From Minisyncoccota bacterium (GTDB lineage Bacteria; Patescibacteriota; Minisyncoccia; Phycocordibacterales; UBA9973), in contig DALYEI010000002.1 of the NCBI GenBank assembly GCA_031972685.1, positions 1 through 57,326 on the forward strand: a DNA stretch of 57,326 bases. The letters run 5' to 3'. Below are positions 28,335-38,463 of the stretch, one piece after another (the first letter of the stretch is position 1; the number at the start of each line of letters is the position of its first letter). Below the pieces are notes generated by a model. That model did not search any database. It worked only from the letters and a program-made list of their open reading frames with translations, and was not told the DNA's origin. The translations under genes were made by a program, and so were the position numbers.

Positions 28335-28368
28335 ATGCATCACATTTATCATACTGAGGGGATAATAT
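28335..28368 (+). repeat. copy B of the 34-bp duplication, which is the real recO 5' end
   Basis: See 27049-27082. Confidence 0.9.
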
Positions 28369-28910
28369 TGGGAAGTAAAAATTTCAAAGAAGCGAATAAG
28401 TATTTTTATATTTTAACGAAAGATTTAGGTTTAGTTTATGCTGAAGCGCAAGGGATCAGGAAACTTTCTTCAAAACTCCGCTACGTTTTGCAAGATTTTA
28501 ATTATGTAAAATTAGACTTTGTGCAGAGGAAAAATATTTGGCGAATTACGAATGCAATCAAAACTAATGAATTAGAATTATTAAATAAAGATTTTTATAA
28601 ATTAAAAATCGTAGCAAATATTTCCAAACTTTTACTCCGACTACTTCCAGGGATAGAACCTAACCCGACTTTATTTAAAGAAGTTTTAGATGGATTTTTC
28701 TTGCTTGAAGGGAATAATTCGAAAGAAGAATTAAAAAATATAGAAATAGTTTTAGTGCTTCGTATATTAAGTAATCTCGGATATATCGGAGAGAATTTTG
28801 AAGATTTAACTCGATCTCCTTTTGAAAATGAATTGTTAGCTACTTTGTCTTTGAATAAGGTAAAGATAATCAAAGAAATCAACAAGGCTCTTCGCGAAAG
28901 TCAACTTTGA
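28335..28910 (+). CDS. recO: DNA repair protein RecO (short form)
   Basis: N-terminal OB-fold pattern TEGIILGSKNFKEANKYFYILTKDLGLVYAEAQGIRK is typical of RecO. Confidence 0.7.
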   Translation: MHHIYHTEGIILGSKNFKEANKYFYILTKDLGLVYAEAQGIRKLSSKLRYVLQDFNYVKLDFVQRKNIWRITNAIKTNELELLNKDFYKLKIVANISKLLLRLLPGIEPNPTLFKEVLDGFFLLEGNNSKEELKNIEIVLVLRILSNLGYIGENFEDLTRSPFENELLATLSLNKVKIIKEINKALRESQL

Positions 28911-28928
28911 TTATGGTATAATATTTTT

Positions 28929-30821
28929 ATGGACGATGATAAAGAGAAACTTAATGAAGTTGAAGATTTAAAGAAAAAACTTTTTAGTACTAGTTATAAA
29001 ACTCGTATCGAAGATCGAGAAGGTTTTCATTATATTCATCGTGAGAAAATTCCTGAAACTTGGAATGAAAATGATTTGAATAATAATAAAAATACCGTTA
29101 AGAAAAATCCAATTTTTCAAAACTTCTTTATTTTTTCTTTTATTGTTTTTTTGGGTGCTGTCGGATATTTACTTTTTAATTTTTTTATTAAAGGGAATGA
29201 CGTTTCCAATGAAAATATTGAAATTGCAGTTTTCGGTAATACTTTTACCGGAGGAGGGGAAGAGCTTCCTTTGATAGTAGAAATCACAAATAAAAACAGC
29301 CTGCCTCTGGAATTAGCTGACCTGGTTATAGAATATCCGAAAGGTTCAGCCGTAGATAATACCGGTGAAGAAATCGCTCGTTTGCGTCAATCTCTCGGAG
29401 TAGTAAAAGCTGGTGAAGTAAAGAGTGAGACTATTAAAGTATCTTTATTTGGAGAGACTGGTTCTATTCACCAAATAAAGATTGCTCTTGAATATCGTCT
29501 CGAAGGTTCAAATGCTATCTTTGTAAAAGATAAATTATATGAAGTTACTATAAATTCGACTCCTGTTAACCTTTCTATTCTTGCGCCAATTGATACAACT
29601 CCAGAGCAAGAATTTATTTTAAATGTTAAGGCGACCTTAAATGAAACTAAAGAAGTCCCAAACAATTTGAGCTTAAAATTAGATTATCCTTTTGGTTTTG
29701 AATTTATTTCTGCAAATCCTTCTCCAGAAGTAGGTAACAATATTTGGGATCTAGTAGGATTAAAACCAGGAGAAGAATTTAACGTTGAGATTAAGGGTAG
29801 AATGATAGACGTTTTTGAAGGTGAAGAGAAAATTTTCCATGCGTCTGCGGGACCCGAGAAAAGAAATGATAAATCTGAATTAGGTGTTATATTTAATTCT
29901 TTTAGACATAGTCTTTTTATTAAAAAACCTTTCATTGAAACTAAATTATTTGTAAATAGTGAGTATAAAAGAGAATACGCTATTTCTACTAAGTCTGCTA
30001 TTATCGGAGTTATAGAATGGACAAATAATTTAAATACAGAAGTAACCGATTTAGAAATTACTGCAAAATTTGCAGGTAACGCTTATAATCCTCGTAATGT
30101 CAAAGTTGATCCTGGATTTTTTGATTCTAAAAGTAATACTATAATTTGGGATAAAAATATCGACGAACAATTTAATTCTATCCCTCCAGGCAAAAGTGGA
30201 GTAATTTCATTTACTCTTTCTCCAACCTCAGTTTTCGGAGCGAATGGTAATATGCTCGTTGATCCTAAGATTGATATAGAACTTTATGTGAAAGGTAAGC
30301 AAACCGAAGCCGGAGCAACTCTCAAAAATTTAGATCTTATAGAAAATAAAACTATTAAAATAATTTCGGATCTATCTTTGCTATCTAAATCAAGTTACGC
30401 TGGATTACCTTTCAAAAATACTGGCCCGTACCCTCCAAAACCAGAAGAAGAAACAACTTATACTGTTACTTTTAGTGTAGCTAATACAACTAACAATATT
30501 TCGAAAGCCAAGTTAGTTACTACTTTACCTCCCCGTGTTACTTATAAAAATTTAATTTCTCCAAAAGATGAAAAGCTTACCTTCGATCCCAATACTAGAG
30601 AATTAATTTGGGATATTGGTACTATTCCTCGGGAGACTGGACTTTCTGGTCCTAAAAAAGAAGTTTCTTTTCAAGTCTCTTATACTCCCTCACTTTCTGA
30701 AATCGGACTTAATCCGACTTTAGTTAATAAGAGTACTTTGACTGGACGAGATGATTTTGCTAATGTGGATTTAAGGGTGGAAAGACCTATTATCCAAATT
30801 GGTGAAAGTATTAAAGAATAA
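28929..30821 (+). CDS. membrane-anchored surface protein, hypothetical
   Basis: Single TM helix (FFIFSFIVFLGAVGYLLFNFF) followed by about 540 aa that look beta-rich. TGgTATAAT lies 6 nt upstream of the ATG. Confidence 0.5.
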   Translation: MDDDKEKLNEVEDLKKKLFSTSYKTRIEDREGFHYIHREKIPETWNENDLNNNKNTVKKNPIFQNFFIFSFIVFLGAVGYLLFNFFIKGNDVSNENIEIAVFGNTFTGGGEELPLIVEITNKNSLPLELADLVIEYPKGSAVDNTGEEIARLRQSLGVVKAGEVKSETIKVSLFGETGSIHQIKIALEYRLEGSNAIFVKDKLYEVTINSTPVNLSILAPIDTTPEQEFILNVKATLNETKEVPNNLSLKLDYPFGFEFISANPSPEVGNNIWDLVGLKPGEEFNVEIKGRMIDVFEGEEKIFHASAGPEKRNDKSELGVIFNSFRHSLFIKKPFIETKLFVNSEYKREYAISTKSAIIGVIEWTNNLNTEVTDLEITAKFAGNAYNPRNVKVDPGFFDSKSNTIIWDKNIDEQFNSIPPGKSGVISFTLSPTSVFGANGNMLVDPKIDIELYVKGKQTEAGATLKNLDLIENKTIKIISDLSLLSKSSYAGLPFKNTGPYPPKPEEETTYTVTFSVANTTNNISKAKLVTTLPPRVTYKNLISPKDEKLTFDPNTRELIWDIGTIPRETGLSGPKKEVSFQVSYTPSLSEIGLNPTLVNKSTLTGRDDFANVDLRVERPIIQIGESIKE

Positions 30822-30832
30822 TTTATATAAAT

Positions 30833-32242
30833 ATGGAAAATAATAATAAAAATGATAAAGATTTAATGGATAAAATAGTTAGTCTTTGTAAGAGGAGGGG
30901 TTTTATTTTTGCTGGTAGTGATATTTACGGAGGTTTTGCTGGTACTTATGATTGGGGACATCTTGGCGTAGCTTTGAAGAGAAATATTACTGATATGTGG
31001 GATAAAGCTATGAGAGATCATTACAATATGACCTTTTTAGATTCTAGTATTTTTACTTCAGGTAAGGTGTGGGAAGCGTCCGGGCACGTTTCAGGGTTTT
31101 CTGATCCTTTAGTAACTTGTAATTTGTGTAAAGAAAAATCTCGGGCAGACCATCTTTTGGAAGCCATAGGAGTGAAAGCAGACGAGAAATTAACTGATTT
31201 AGATATCAATAAAATTTTTGACGATAATAGAACTAATCTAAAATGTCCTAAGTGTGGAGGTAAAGATTTTGGTAAGGTAAGAGCAACTAATCTCCTTGCA
31301 ACTTCAAATCTTGGAATGCTAGATGAAAATGAAGGACAAGTTTATCTTCGTGGAGAAACAGCCCAAGGTATTTTTATTAATTACAAAAATGTTTTAGATA
31401 GTGGTTTTGTGTCTGTACCTTTTGGTATTGCTCAAATAGGTAAAGCATTTAGAAATGAAATCAGTCCTCGCCAGTTTTTATTCCGTAAAAGAGAATTTGA
31501 GCAAATGGAAATGCAATACTTCTGTAATCCAAAAGAAGCTATGGAAGATTTTGAATCTTGGAAAAATGAAAGAATGGAATATTATAGAAAAATGGGAATT
31601 AATATGAACAAGCTTCGCTTTAAACCACATGATAATCTAGTTTTCTATGCAAAAGCTGCTTGCGATATTGAATATGAATATCCTTTTGGCTGGAGCGAAC
31701 TTGAAGGTGTTCATTATAGGGGAGATTATGATTTGACTCAACATCAGAAGTTTTCTGGAGTAGATATGAGATTTTATGACGAAGAAACAAAAGAGCGTTA
31801 TATTCCTCATGTTGTAGAAACTTCTGTTGGGGTAGATAGAACTGTGTTGATGATTTTGTGTGATTCTTACTATGAAGATGAAATAGGTGACAGTAAAAGA
31901 ATTGTTTTAAAATTCCCTCCAAAAATAGCGCCTGTGGTTTGCGCGGTTTCTCCGTTACTTAAGAATAAACCTGAACTTGTAGAATATGCTAAGAATGTTT
32001 TTGGAACTTTGAAAAACGAATTTGGTAGAGTTATGTTTGACGATAATGGAAATATCGGTAAACGCTATCGCCGTCAAGACGAGATAGGAACTCCGTTTTG
32101 TATAGTTGTGGACTTTGATACCTTAGGCGAAGAAAAGGCTGAACTAAAAGATACAGTCACCGTTCGCGACCGCGATACTGGTAATCAAGAACGTGTAAAA
32201 GTCTCTGAATTAATAAATTTTTTAAAAAAGAAATTAGATTAA
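30833..32242 (+). CDS. glyQS: glycine--tRNA ligase (dimeric class II)
   Basis: GKAFRNEISPR, FEQMEMQYF and GVDR motifs, with an anticodon-binding C-terminus. Confidence 0.9.
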   Translation: MENNNKNDKDLMDKIVSLCKRRGFIFAGSDIYGGFAGTYDWGHLGVALKRNITDMWDKAMRDHYNMTFLDSSIFTSGKVWEASGHVSGFSDPLVTCNLCKEKSRADHLLEAIGVKADEKLTDLDINKIFDDNRTNLKCPKCGGKDFGKVRATNLLATSNLGMLDENEGQVYLRGETAQGIFINYKNVLDSGFVSVPFGIAQIGKAFRNEISPRQFLFRKREFEQMEMQYFCNPKEAMEDFESWKNERMEYYRKMGINMNKLRFKPHDNLVFYAKAACDIEYEYPFGWSELEGVHYRGDYDLTQHQKFSGVDMRFYDEETKERYIPHVVETSVGVDRTVLMILCDSYYEDEIGDSKRIVLKFPPKIAPVVCAVSPLLKNKPELVEYAKNVFGTLKNEFGRVMFDDNGNIGKRYRRQDEIGTPFCIVVDFDTLGEEKAELKDTVTVRDRDTGNQERVKVSELINFLKKKLD

Positions 32243-32243
32243 A

Positions 32244-32810
32244 ATGGAAGACTTTAAATTGAAACAAGGATTAAAAGGGGAAGTTTCTTTTGAGGGGATG
32301 AATGAAGTTAAAAAAAATATACCAAAACAGTACGTAGATTTAATAAAAATAAAAAAATTAGTTAGTTTAAATCTTAAGAATGTTGTTAAATATAATTCTT
32401 TCAAAGAAGAGATGGATGATTCAGTTTCTGTATTTATGGAAAAATTGACAATGGTTACTTTTCCAAAAGATGAGAAATTTTTAATTGAATCTTTTTTGAA
32501 ATTTGTTGAAAATAAAGTTTTATGTAATTTTGAAAATAAAATTCCTAATAATTTTCAATTTCAAATAATCTTAAAAGATTTTATTGAATATTTAAAAAAT
32601 AAAGAAAAAGATTTTTCTTCCTATGAAGAACAACCTTTTACAGATGCTTTGTCAAAGATAACTGAAGAAAAGTTTATTCATGTTATCAATGATATTTTTA
32701 ATGGTTATAATGAATTATTAGAAAATGAAATATTGTTTGATGATTTAAAATCTGAACATGTCGGGTTTAGCGAGATAGATAAAACTTATAAATTGATTGA
32801 TGTGGTTTAA
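32244..32810 (+). CDS. hypothetical protein
   Basis: ORF only. It starts 1 nt after the glyQS stop. Confidence 0.4.
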   Translation: MEDFKLKQGLKGEVSFEGMNEVKKNIPKQYVDLIKIKKLVSLNLKNVVKYNSFKEEMDDSVSVFMEKLTMVTFPKDEKFLIESFLKFVENKVLCNFENKIPNNFQFQIILKDFIEYLKNKEKDFSSYEEQPFTDALSKITEEKFIHVINDIFNGYNELLENEILFDDLKSEHVGFSEIDKTYKLIDVV

Positions 32811-32854
32811 TGTTTTTTTATACTTAATTTTTAATTTATGCTAAAATAGTCCGT

Positions 32855-34123
32855 ATGAAAATAATAAAGAAAACTTTAAAAAATGGTTTGAAGGTTTTAA
32901 TGATACCGATGAAAGATAATCCGACGGTTACGGTTTTGTCTTTGGTGGAGACTGGTAGCAAATACGAAACTAAAGAGAATAATGGTATTTCGCATTTTCT
33001 AGAGCATATGTGTTTTAAGGGAACCCTACGCCGTCCGAAAGCTACCGATATATCTTTAGAGCTTGATTCTATTGGTAGTCAGTATAATGCTTTTACCGGT
33101 CAAGAATATACAGGATACTATGCGAAAGGAGATGCAAAGCATTTCAAGAAGATTTTTGATGTGGTTACTGATATTTATTTAAATTCTACTTTTCCAGAAG
33201 CTGAAATTGAAAAAGAGAAAGGAGTAATAATCGAAGAGATAAATATGTATGAAGATATGCCTCATCGTCACGTGCAGGATTTGATTATGGAACTTCTCTA
33301 CGGAGATACTCCTGCGGGATGGAATATTGCAGGTAAGAAAGAAAATATTTTAAAAATGAAAAGAGAAGACTTTATAAATTATCATAAAGCTCATTATGTG
33401 CCGAATGCTACGACTTTAATAATTGCAGGTAATATAAAAGTAACTGACGTCACTAAAGAAATCAATAAAACTTTCGGTAAGGTATTAAAATCTAAAAAGG
33501 GAAATAAGGTCAAAACAAAAGAAAATCAAAATAATCCAGAAGCTTTAATAAAATATAAAGAAACTGATCAGACTCATTTCGTTTTAGCTTTTCGTTCATA
33601 TGACCTTAAATATAAGAAGAATAATATTTTGTCTATTTTATCTGGAGTTTTAGGAGCGGGTATGAGTTCTAGACTTTTTGTAAAGTTGCGTGAAGAGATG
33701 GGAGTAGGATACTACGTTCGGGCATATAACGATGCTTATACGGATCACGGATATTTTCAAATTTCAGCTGGAGTAGATAATAAAAGAGTGCATGAAGTTT
33801 TAGAAGCAATCCTTAAAGAGTGTAAAAAGCTTTGCGAAGAATTAGTTGGTGATGGAGAATTAAATAAAGTTAAAGAATGCCTAATAGGGAATATGAAACT
33901 TTCTCTTGAATCTTCGGACGATATTGCGAATTATTTTGGTATGCAAGAATTACTCAAAAAAGAAACAAAGCAAATGAGTGAAAAAGAAAAAGAACTACGA
34001 AAGGTTACCGCGAAAGAAGTTCGAGATATGGCTCGTGCTCTATTTAAAGATGAAAAGATGAATCTCGCTTTAATAGGTCCTTTTCACGATAAAGAGAATT
34101 TTATTGATATACTTAAATTTTAA
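32855..34123 (+). CDS. M16-family zinc peptidase
   Basis: Inverted zinc motif HFLEHMCFKGT (HxxEH). TGcTAAAAT lies 7 nt upstream of the ATG. Confidence 0.85.
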   Translation: MKIIKKTLKNGLKVLMIPMKDNPTVTVLSLVETGSKYETKENNGISHFLEHMCFKGTLRRPKATDISLELDSIGSQYNAFTGQEYTGYYAKGDAKHFKKIFDVVTDIYLNSTFPEAEIEKEKGVIIEEINMYEDMPHRHVQDLIMELLYGDTPAGWNIAGKKENILKMKREDFINYHKAHYVPNATTLIIAGNIKVTDVTKEINKTFGKVLKSKKGNKVKTKENQNNPEALIKYKETDQTHFVLAFRSYDLKYKKNNILSILSGVLGAGMSSRLFVKLREEMGVGYYVRAYNDAYTDHGYFQISAGVDNKRVHEVLEAILKECKKLCEELVGDGELNKVKECLIGNMKLSLESSDDIANYFGMQELLKKETKQMSEKEKELRKVTAKEVRDMARALFKDEKMNLALIGPFHDKENFIDILKF

Positions 34124-34143
34124 ATTTATGTTATTATGATTGT

Positions 34144-35205
34144 ATGTTTAATCAAAATAACACCTTATCTATAAGTACTGGATCTATGATCCGTTTTCTG
34201 CTTGTTTTACTAGGGTTTTTCTTGATTTGGGTATTACGCGATTTAGTTTTAGTAGTATTAACTTCTATCGTTGTAGCTTCTTTTATGGAATCAGTAGTGC
34301 CTTTTTTAAAGAAAATTAAATTAGGTAGAGTTTTCGGTATGGCTATAGTGTATTTGATTTTAATCTTACTTTTTGCAGCTTTTTTCTACCTTTTTGCTCC
34401 CTTACTCATAACTGAAATTTATAATTTATCAGTATTTTTATCTACTTATGCTGTAGGAGTAGATTTCTTGAATTATTTTAACAACGAAGCTTTCGGCGGA
34501 GCGAAAGAATTAGTATCTTCTTTAGGTAAAGATTTTTCTTTAGAATATTTACTTAAAACCTCTGAAGCATTTTTGCAAAATCTTTCTGGAGGATTTTTCA
34601 CTACTTTATCTTTTGCTTTCGGGGGATTATTTAATTTCGCTTTAATAATTATCGTTTCATTTTATCTTTCAATTCAAGAGAAGGGTATAGAGAATTTCTT
34701 ACGTATTATTTTACCTATCAAGTATGAAGGTTACGTAGTAGATCTTTGGAATCGTTCTTCTCGTAAAATCGCCCTTTGGATGAAAGGTCAGATCTTCGTA
34801 GCTTTTATGGTAGCTTTACTTATTTATTTAGTCTTAGCACTTATGGGTATTGAATACGCTTTACTTCTCGCTATTATTGCTGGAATTACGCAAATCGTAC
34901 CTTACGGTATTTGGCTTGCTTTAGTCCCGGCTTTATCATTCTCTTATTTAGCAGGAGGGGGAGGAGTCGCTTTAACAGTTTTCGCTGTGTATATGATTAT
35001 TCATCAATTTGAATCTTTCTTATTTACTCCACTTTTGATTAATAAAGTCGTCGGACTTTCTCCTCTCGTAGTTATCTTATCTCTTTTGATTGGGTATGAA
35101 TTAGCTGGTTTTTGGGGTATTATACTTGCTATACCGGTAGCTGTAGTTTTGATGGAATATATGGCTGATTTAGAAAAGCAAAAAATAAATATAAAAAATA
35201 ATTAA
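34144..35205 (+). CDS. AI-2E / PerM-family (UPF0118) transporter
   Basis: Pattern of about 8 TM helices with a conserved C-terminal region (QFESFLFTPLLINKVVGLSPL). Confidence 0.75.
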   Translation: MFNQNNTLSISTGSMIRFLLVLLGFFLIWVLRDLVLVVLTSIVVASFMESVVPFLKKIKLGRVFGMAIVYLILILLFAAFFYLFAPLLITEIYNLSVFLSTYAVGVDFLNYFNNEAFGGAKELVSSLGKDFSLEYLLKTSEAFLQNLSGGFFTTLSFAFGGLFNFALIIIVSFYLSIQEKGIENFLRIILPIKYEGYVVDLWNRSSRKIALWMKGQIFVAFMVALLIYLVLALMGIEYALLLAIIAGITQIVPYGIWLALVPALSFSYLAGGGGVALTVFAVYMIIHQFESFLFTPLLINKVVGLSPLVVILSLLIGYELAGFWGIILAIPVAVVLMEYMADLEKQKINIKNN

Positions 35206-35209
35206 TTCA

Positions 35210-36652
35210 ATGAAAAAGAAAAACTTCTATCTTACAACAACTTTGCCTTACGTTAACGCTTCGCTTCATATGGGGCATGCTTTAGAGTTTGTGCGTGCTG
35301 ATGCTATCGCGAGATATAAAAAGCTCGTTGGTCACGAGGTATTTTTTAATACTGGGACTGATGAGCACGGTATGAAAATTTATGAAAAAGCAAAAGAAAA
35401 TAATATGGAAGTGCAGGCTTTCGTAGATCAAAATTTTCTAAAATTCAAAGAGTCTTTAAGGGCTTTCGGTATGAGTGATGATTTACATTTTATTCGTACT
35501 ACTGATGAAAATCATATTAAACTCGCACAAGAATTTTGGACTCGAGTTTATAATAACGGATATATTTATAAAAAAAATTATGAAGCGAAATATTGCGTTG
35601 GTTGTGAAAGTGAGAAGACTGATAGTGAACTCAACGAGTCTGGTTTTTGCCCGGATCATAACGGTATACCTCTAGAGACTATTAGTGAAGAGAATTATTT
35701 TTTCAAATATAGTGAATTTACAGATAAACTTTTAAAATTCTATGAAGAGAATCCTAATTTCATAATTCCAGAATTTCGCTTTAATGAAATCAAGATGTTC
35801 GTCTCTCGAGGACTTCAAGACTTCTCTATTTCTAGACTTAAGAGTAAAATGCCTTGGGGAATACCTGTGCCGAATGACAATGATCACGTTATGTATGTTT
35901 GGTTTGATGCACTTACTAACTATATCAATACTTTAGATTGGCAAGATAATAAAGAGCAATTTGAGAAATATTGGGTAAATGGGACTCCTACTCAATATTG
36001 CGGTAAAGATAATACTCGTTTCCAAGGAGCTATGTGGCAAGCGATGCTTATGGCTGGAGGATTTCCGAATTCTAGTCAAATAGTAGTTAACGGTTTTATA
36101 ACTGGTGACGGGGGAGTAAAGATGAGTAAAACTTTAGGTAACGTAGTAGATCCAAAAGAAATAGTATACGAATACGGGACTGATGCTCTCCGGTATTTCT
36201 TGCTTCGCGAAATTTCAAATTTTGAAGATAGCCCTTTTACCCTAGAGCGGTTTCGTGACTCATATAATTCCGGACTTGCAAATGGGTTGGGGAATTTAGC
36301 TTCAAGAATTTTAACCTTATCTGAAAAATACCTAGAGAGCTGTCCTGAAATTCCTGAAAATTCAATCCCTGAAGAATTTTTCTTAAAGCTTGAGATTTTT
36401 GATATCAAAGGTGCTTGTGATTTAATTTGGGAAAAAGTAAATAATTTAGATAAAAGAATTCAAGAAACTGAACCTTTTAAAGTTGTAAAAGTTGATTTAG
36501 AAAAAGGTAAGGTTTTAATTTCTGAAATGGTATTAGAACTTTATACTATTGCGAGAATGCTAAATCCAATAATGCCAGAGACTAATGAAAAACTAAAAAA
36601 ACTTATTCGAGAAAACAAAAAACCCGAACAACCCTTGTTCCTACGTAAATAA
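35210..36652 (+). CDS. metG: methionine--tRNA ligase
   Basis: YVNASLHMGHALE (HIGH-type), a CxxC ... C zinc knuckle and KMSKTLGN. Confidence 0.9.
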   Translation: MKKKNFYLTTTLPYVNASLHMGHALEFVRADAIARYKKLVGHEVFFNTGTDEHGMKIYEKAKENNMEVQAFVDQNFLKFKESLRAFGMSDDLHFIRTTDENHIKLAQEFWTRVYNNGYIYKKNYEAKYCVGCESEKTDSELNESGFCPDHNGIPLETISEENYFFKYSEFTDKLLKFYEENPNFIIPEFRFNEIKMFVSRGLQDFSISRLKSKMPWGIPVPNDNDHVMYVWFDALTNYINTLDWQDNKEQFEKYWVNGTPTQYCGKDNTRFQGAMWQAMLMAGGFPNSSQIVVNGFITGDGGVKMSKTLGNVVDPKEIVYEYGTDALRYFLLREISNFEDSPFTLERFRDSYNSGLANGLGNLASRILTLSEKYLESCPEIPENSIPEEFFLKLEIFDIKGACDLIWEKVNNLDKRIQETEPFKVVKVDLEKGKVLISEMVLELYTIARMLNPIMPETNEKLKKLIRENKKPEQPLFLRK

Positions 36653-36688
36653 TGAAATAAAATCCATTATTTATTGTAATATATATAG

Positions 36689-37249
36689 ATGGAGTTTATA
36701 GATAAAAATGATGAAGAGATAGCTCTTTTAATTAAAAAGGGTAATAAAGATGCGTTTGAAATTATAGTCGATAGATATCTAGAAAAGATTAAAAGATACG
36801 CTCGTCGTTTTATGCGAGATGCTTTTGATATTGATGATTTGGTTCAAGAAATTTTTCTTAAAGTTTATATTAATATTCAAGGCTTCGATGAAAATCGCAA
36901 ATTCTCATCTTGGATTTATCGTATTGCTCATAATGAATTTGTAAATAAATTAAGGAAAAAAAGTTATGAAAATTTGTTTCGAGTAGATTTTGATACTTTT
37001 TTCCCGCACCCAATAGCTAAAGAAAATGATGAAGAGAGATTTGATAATGTTTTAAATAAAGAAATTATTGAAAAATATTTAGCAAATATAGATATAAAAT
37101 ATAGAGAAATTTTAATTTTATATTATTTTGAAGATATGGATTATCAAAGTATTGCTGATATTTTAGAAATACCTAAGTCGACGGTAGGTATTCGTCTAAA
37201 AAGAGGTAAAGAAAAATTAAAAAGTTTATTAGAAAATAAAAATTTATAA
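36689..37249 (+). CDS. ECF-type sigma-70 family factor
   Basis: Region 2 (FSSWIYRIAHNEFVNKLRK) and region 4 HTH (MDYQSIADILEIPKSTVGIRLKRGKEKL). Confidence 0.85.
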   Translation: MEFIDKNDEEIALLIKKGNKDAFEIIVDRYLEKIKRYARRFMRDAFDIDDLVQEIFLKVYINIQGFDENRKFSSWIYRIAHNEFVNKLRKKSYENLFRVDFDTFFPHPIAKENDEERFDNVLNKEIIEKYLANIDIKYREILILYYFEDMDYQSIADILEIPKSTVGIRLKRGKEKLKSLLENKNL

Positions 37250-37250
37250 T

Positions 37251-37859
37251 ATGGAAGAAAAGATAAAGAATATAAAAGAAAAAATACTGTATTTTATACA
37301 TAAAGATGAGGTGAAAATGAAACCCAAAGGCTATTTTATATTTAAAAGTATTTTGCAAATAGTTTCAGTATTTCTTGTTTTTATAGCAACTCTCTATTTA
37401 GCGAGTTTTGTTTCTTTGATTTTAAAAGAAAAAGAAGTTTTTGAAACTTTTGGAATTCGTCCTAATGAATTAAGGCATTTTATTTATGCTGTACCTTGGA
37501 TGATAGTATTCTTATCTTTAATTTTACTGGTGATATTAGAAATCCTGACCCGTAATTTTGCCTTTGTTTACAAGAAACCAGTAGCATATTCTCTTTTTGC
37601 TATTATTATTTTAGTTTTAAGTATTGGATTTTTATTAAATAAAATTGATAGAGAATTTCGTTTTGCTAGATTTGGAGAAGAGGGAGCTCCTATTTTAGGC
37701 CCGATGCATAAGTATTATCGTGGAGAATTCGAAGAGAGGCCTTTTGTAAAGAAATTTTATAAATTTCAAGACAGAAGAATAAAGGATCCAAATTTTGATT
37801 TTGATGAATTTAGAGATTTACCACCTCCACATTCTGAGATTAGATTTTCTCCAAACTAA
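37251..37859 (+). CDS. membrane protein, possible anti-sigma partner
   Basis: The call rests on its position 1 nt after the sigma gene and on three TM helices. No zinc-binding anti-sigma motif was seen. Confidence 0.35.
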   Translation: MEEKIKNIKEKILYFIHKDEVKMKPKGYFIFKSILQIVSVFLVFIATLYLASFVSLILKEKEVFETFGIRPNELRHFIYAVPWMIVFLSLILLVILEILTRNFAFVYKKPVAYSLFAIIILVLSIGFLLNKIDREFRFARFGEEGAPILGPMHKYYRGEFEERPFVKKFYKFQDRRIKDPNFDFDEFRDLPPPHSEIRFSPN

Positions 37860-37935
37860 ATGAAATATTTTTCTCCCTCATTTGTAATAATATATGCAGG
37901 AGATATCACTGCACTTATTAATTAACTTAATTAAA

Positions 37936-38382
37936 ATGACAAAAAGAAAAATATTAACTTATAGTTCAATCTTCGCACTCGCTTTATTCTTTAGTTTAAG
38001 CGTGAATAATGCTAGCGCTTTTTGGGGAGGGAAGCAAATCTCGGTAACCGAGAGAGCAGAAATGCAAAAGACTATGTTTGCTGAGCAAGCAAGTTTGCTC
38101 GGTATATCTGTAGATGAAGTTAAAAACGCTTGGGCTAACGGGCAAAATATCTGGGAGCTTGCAAAAGCTAAAGGTATTTCCGAAGATACTTTGAAAACCA
38201 AGATGGAAGCTATGCGTAAAGCAAAAATGACTGAAGAATTAAATGCACTCGTTTCTTCGGGGGTTATCACTCAAGCTCAAGCTGATGCTCGTATCAAATT
38301 CTTAGAAACTGCTAAGACTAAAGTAGAAGGTAAGGGCAAAGGTAAGGGACGAGGTATGATGATGCCTATGTTTCACTTCTAA
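37936..38382 (+). CDS. secreted helical protein, hypothetical
   Basis: Signal-peptide-like MTKRKILTYSSIFALALFFSLSVNNASA. I prefer this ATG over the track start at 37894. The tail is Gly/Lys-rich (GKGKGKGRGMMMPMFHF). Confidence 0.45.
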   Translation: MTKRKILTYSSIFALALFFSLSVNNASAFWGGKQISVTERAEMQKTMFAEQASLLGISVDEVKNAWANGQNIWELAKAKGISEDTLKTKMEAMRKAKMTEELNALVSSGVITQAQADARIKFLETAKTKVEGKGKGKGRGMMMPMFHF

Positions 38383-38414
38383 ATAATCTCGACAATAATT
38401 TCCTATAAACTCCA

Positions 38415-38448
38415 AAAACCGTCTATATATAGACGGTTTTTGTTTTTT
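38415..38448 (+). terminator. intrinsic terminator
   Basis: Palindrome aaaaccgtctata/tatagacggtttt followed by a T-rich run. Confidence 0.7.
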
Positions 38449-38463
38449 ATGTAAAGATATAAT

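Noticed and set aside
28908-28931. Possible UGA recoding: the recO TGA stop is in-frame with the next gene 21 nt downstream
   Set aside because: All conserved genes read through correctly under the standard code with no internal TGA. A TGgTATAAT promoter element sits between the two ORFs, so the shared frame is coincidental.
35475-35675. 66-aa same-strand alternative-frame ORF inside metG
   Set aside because: The metG frame carries the conserved synthetase motifs across this span, and nothing supports a nested gene.
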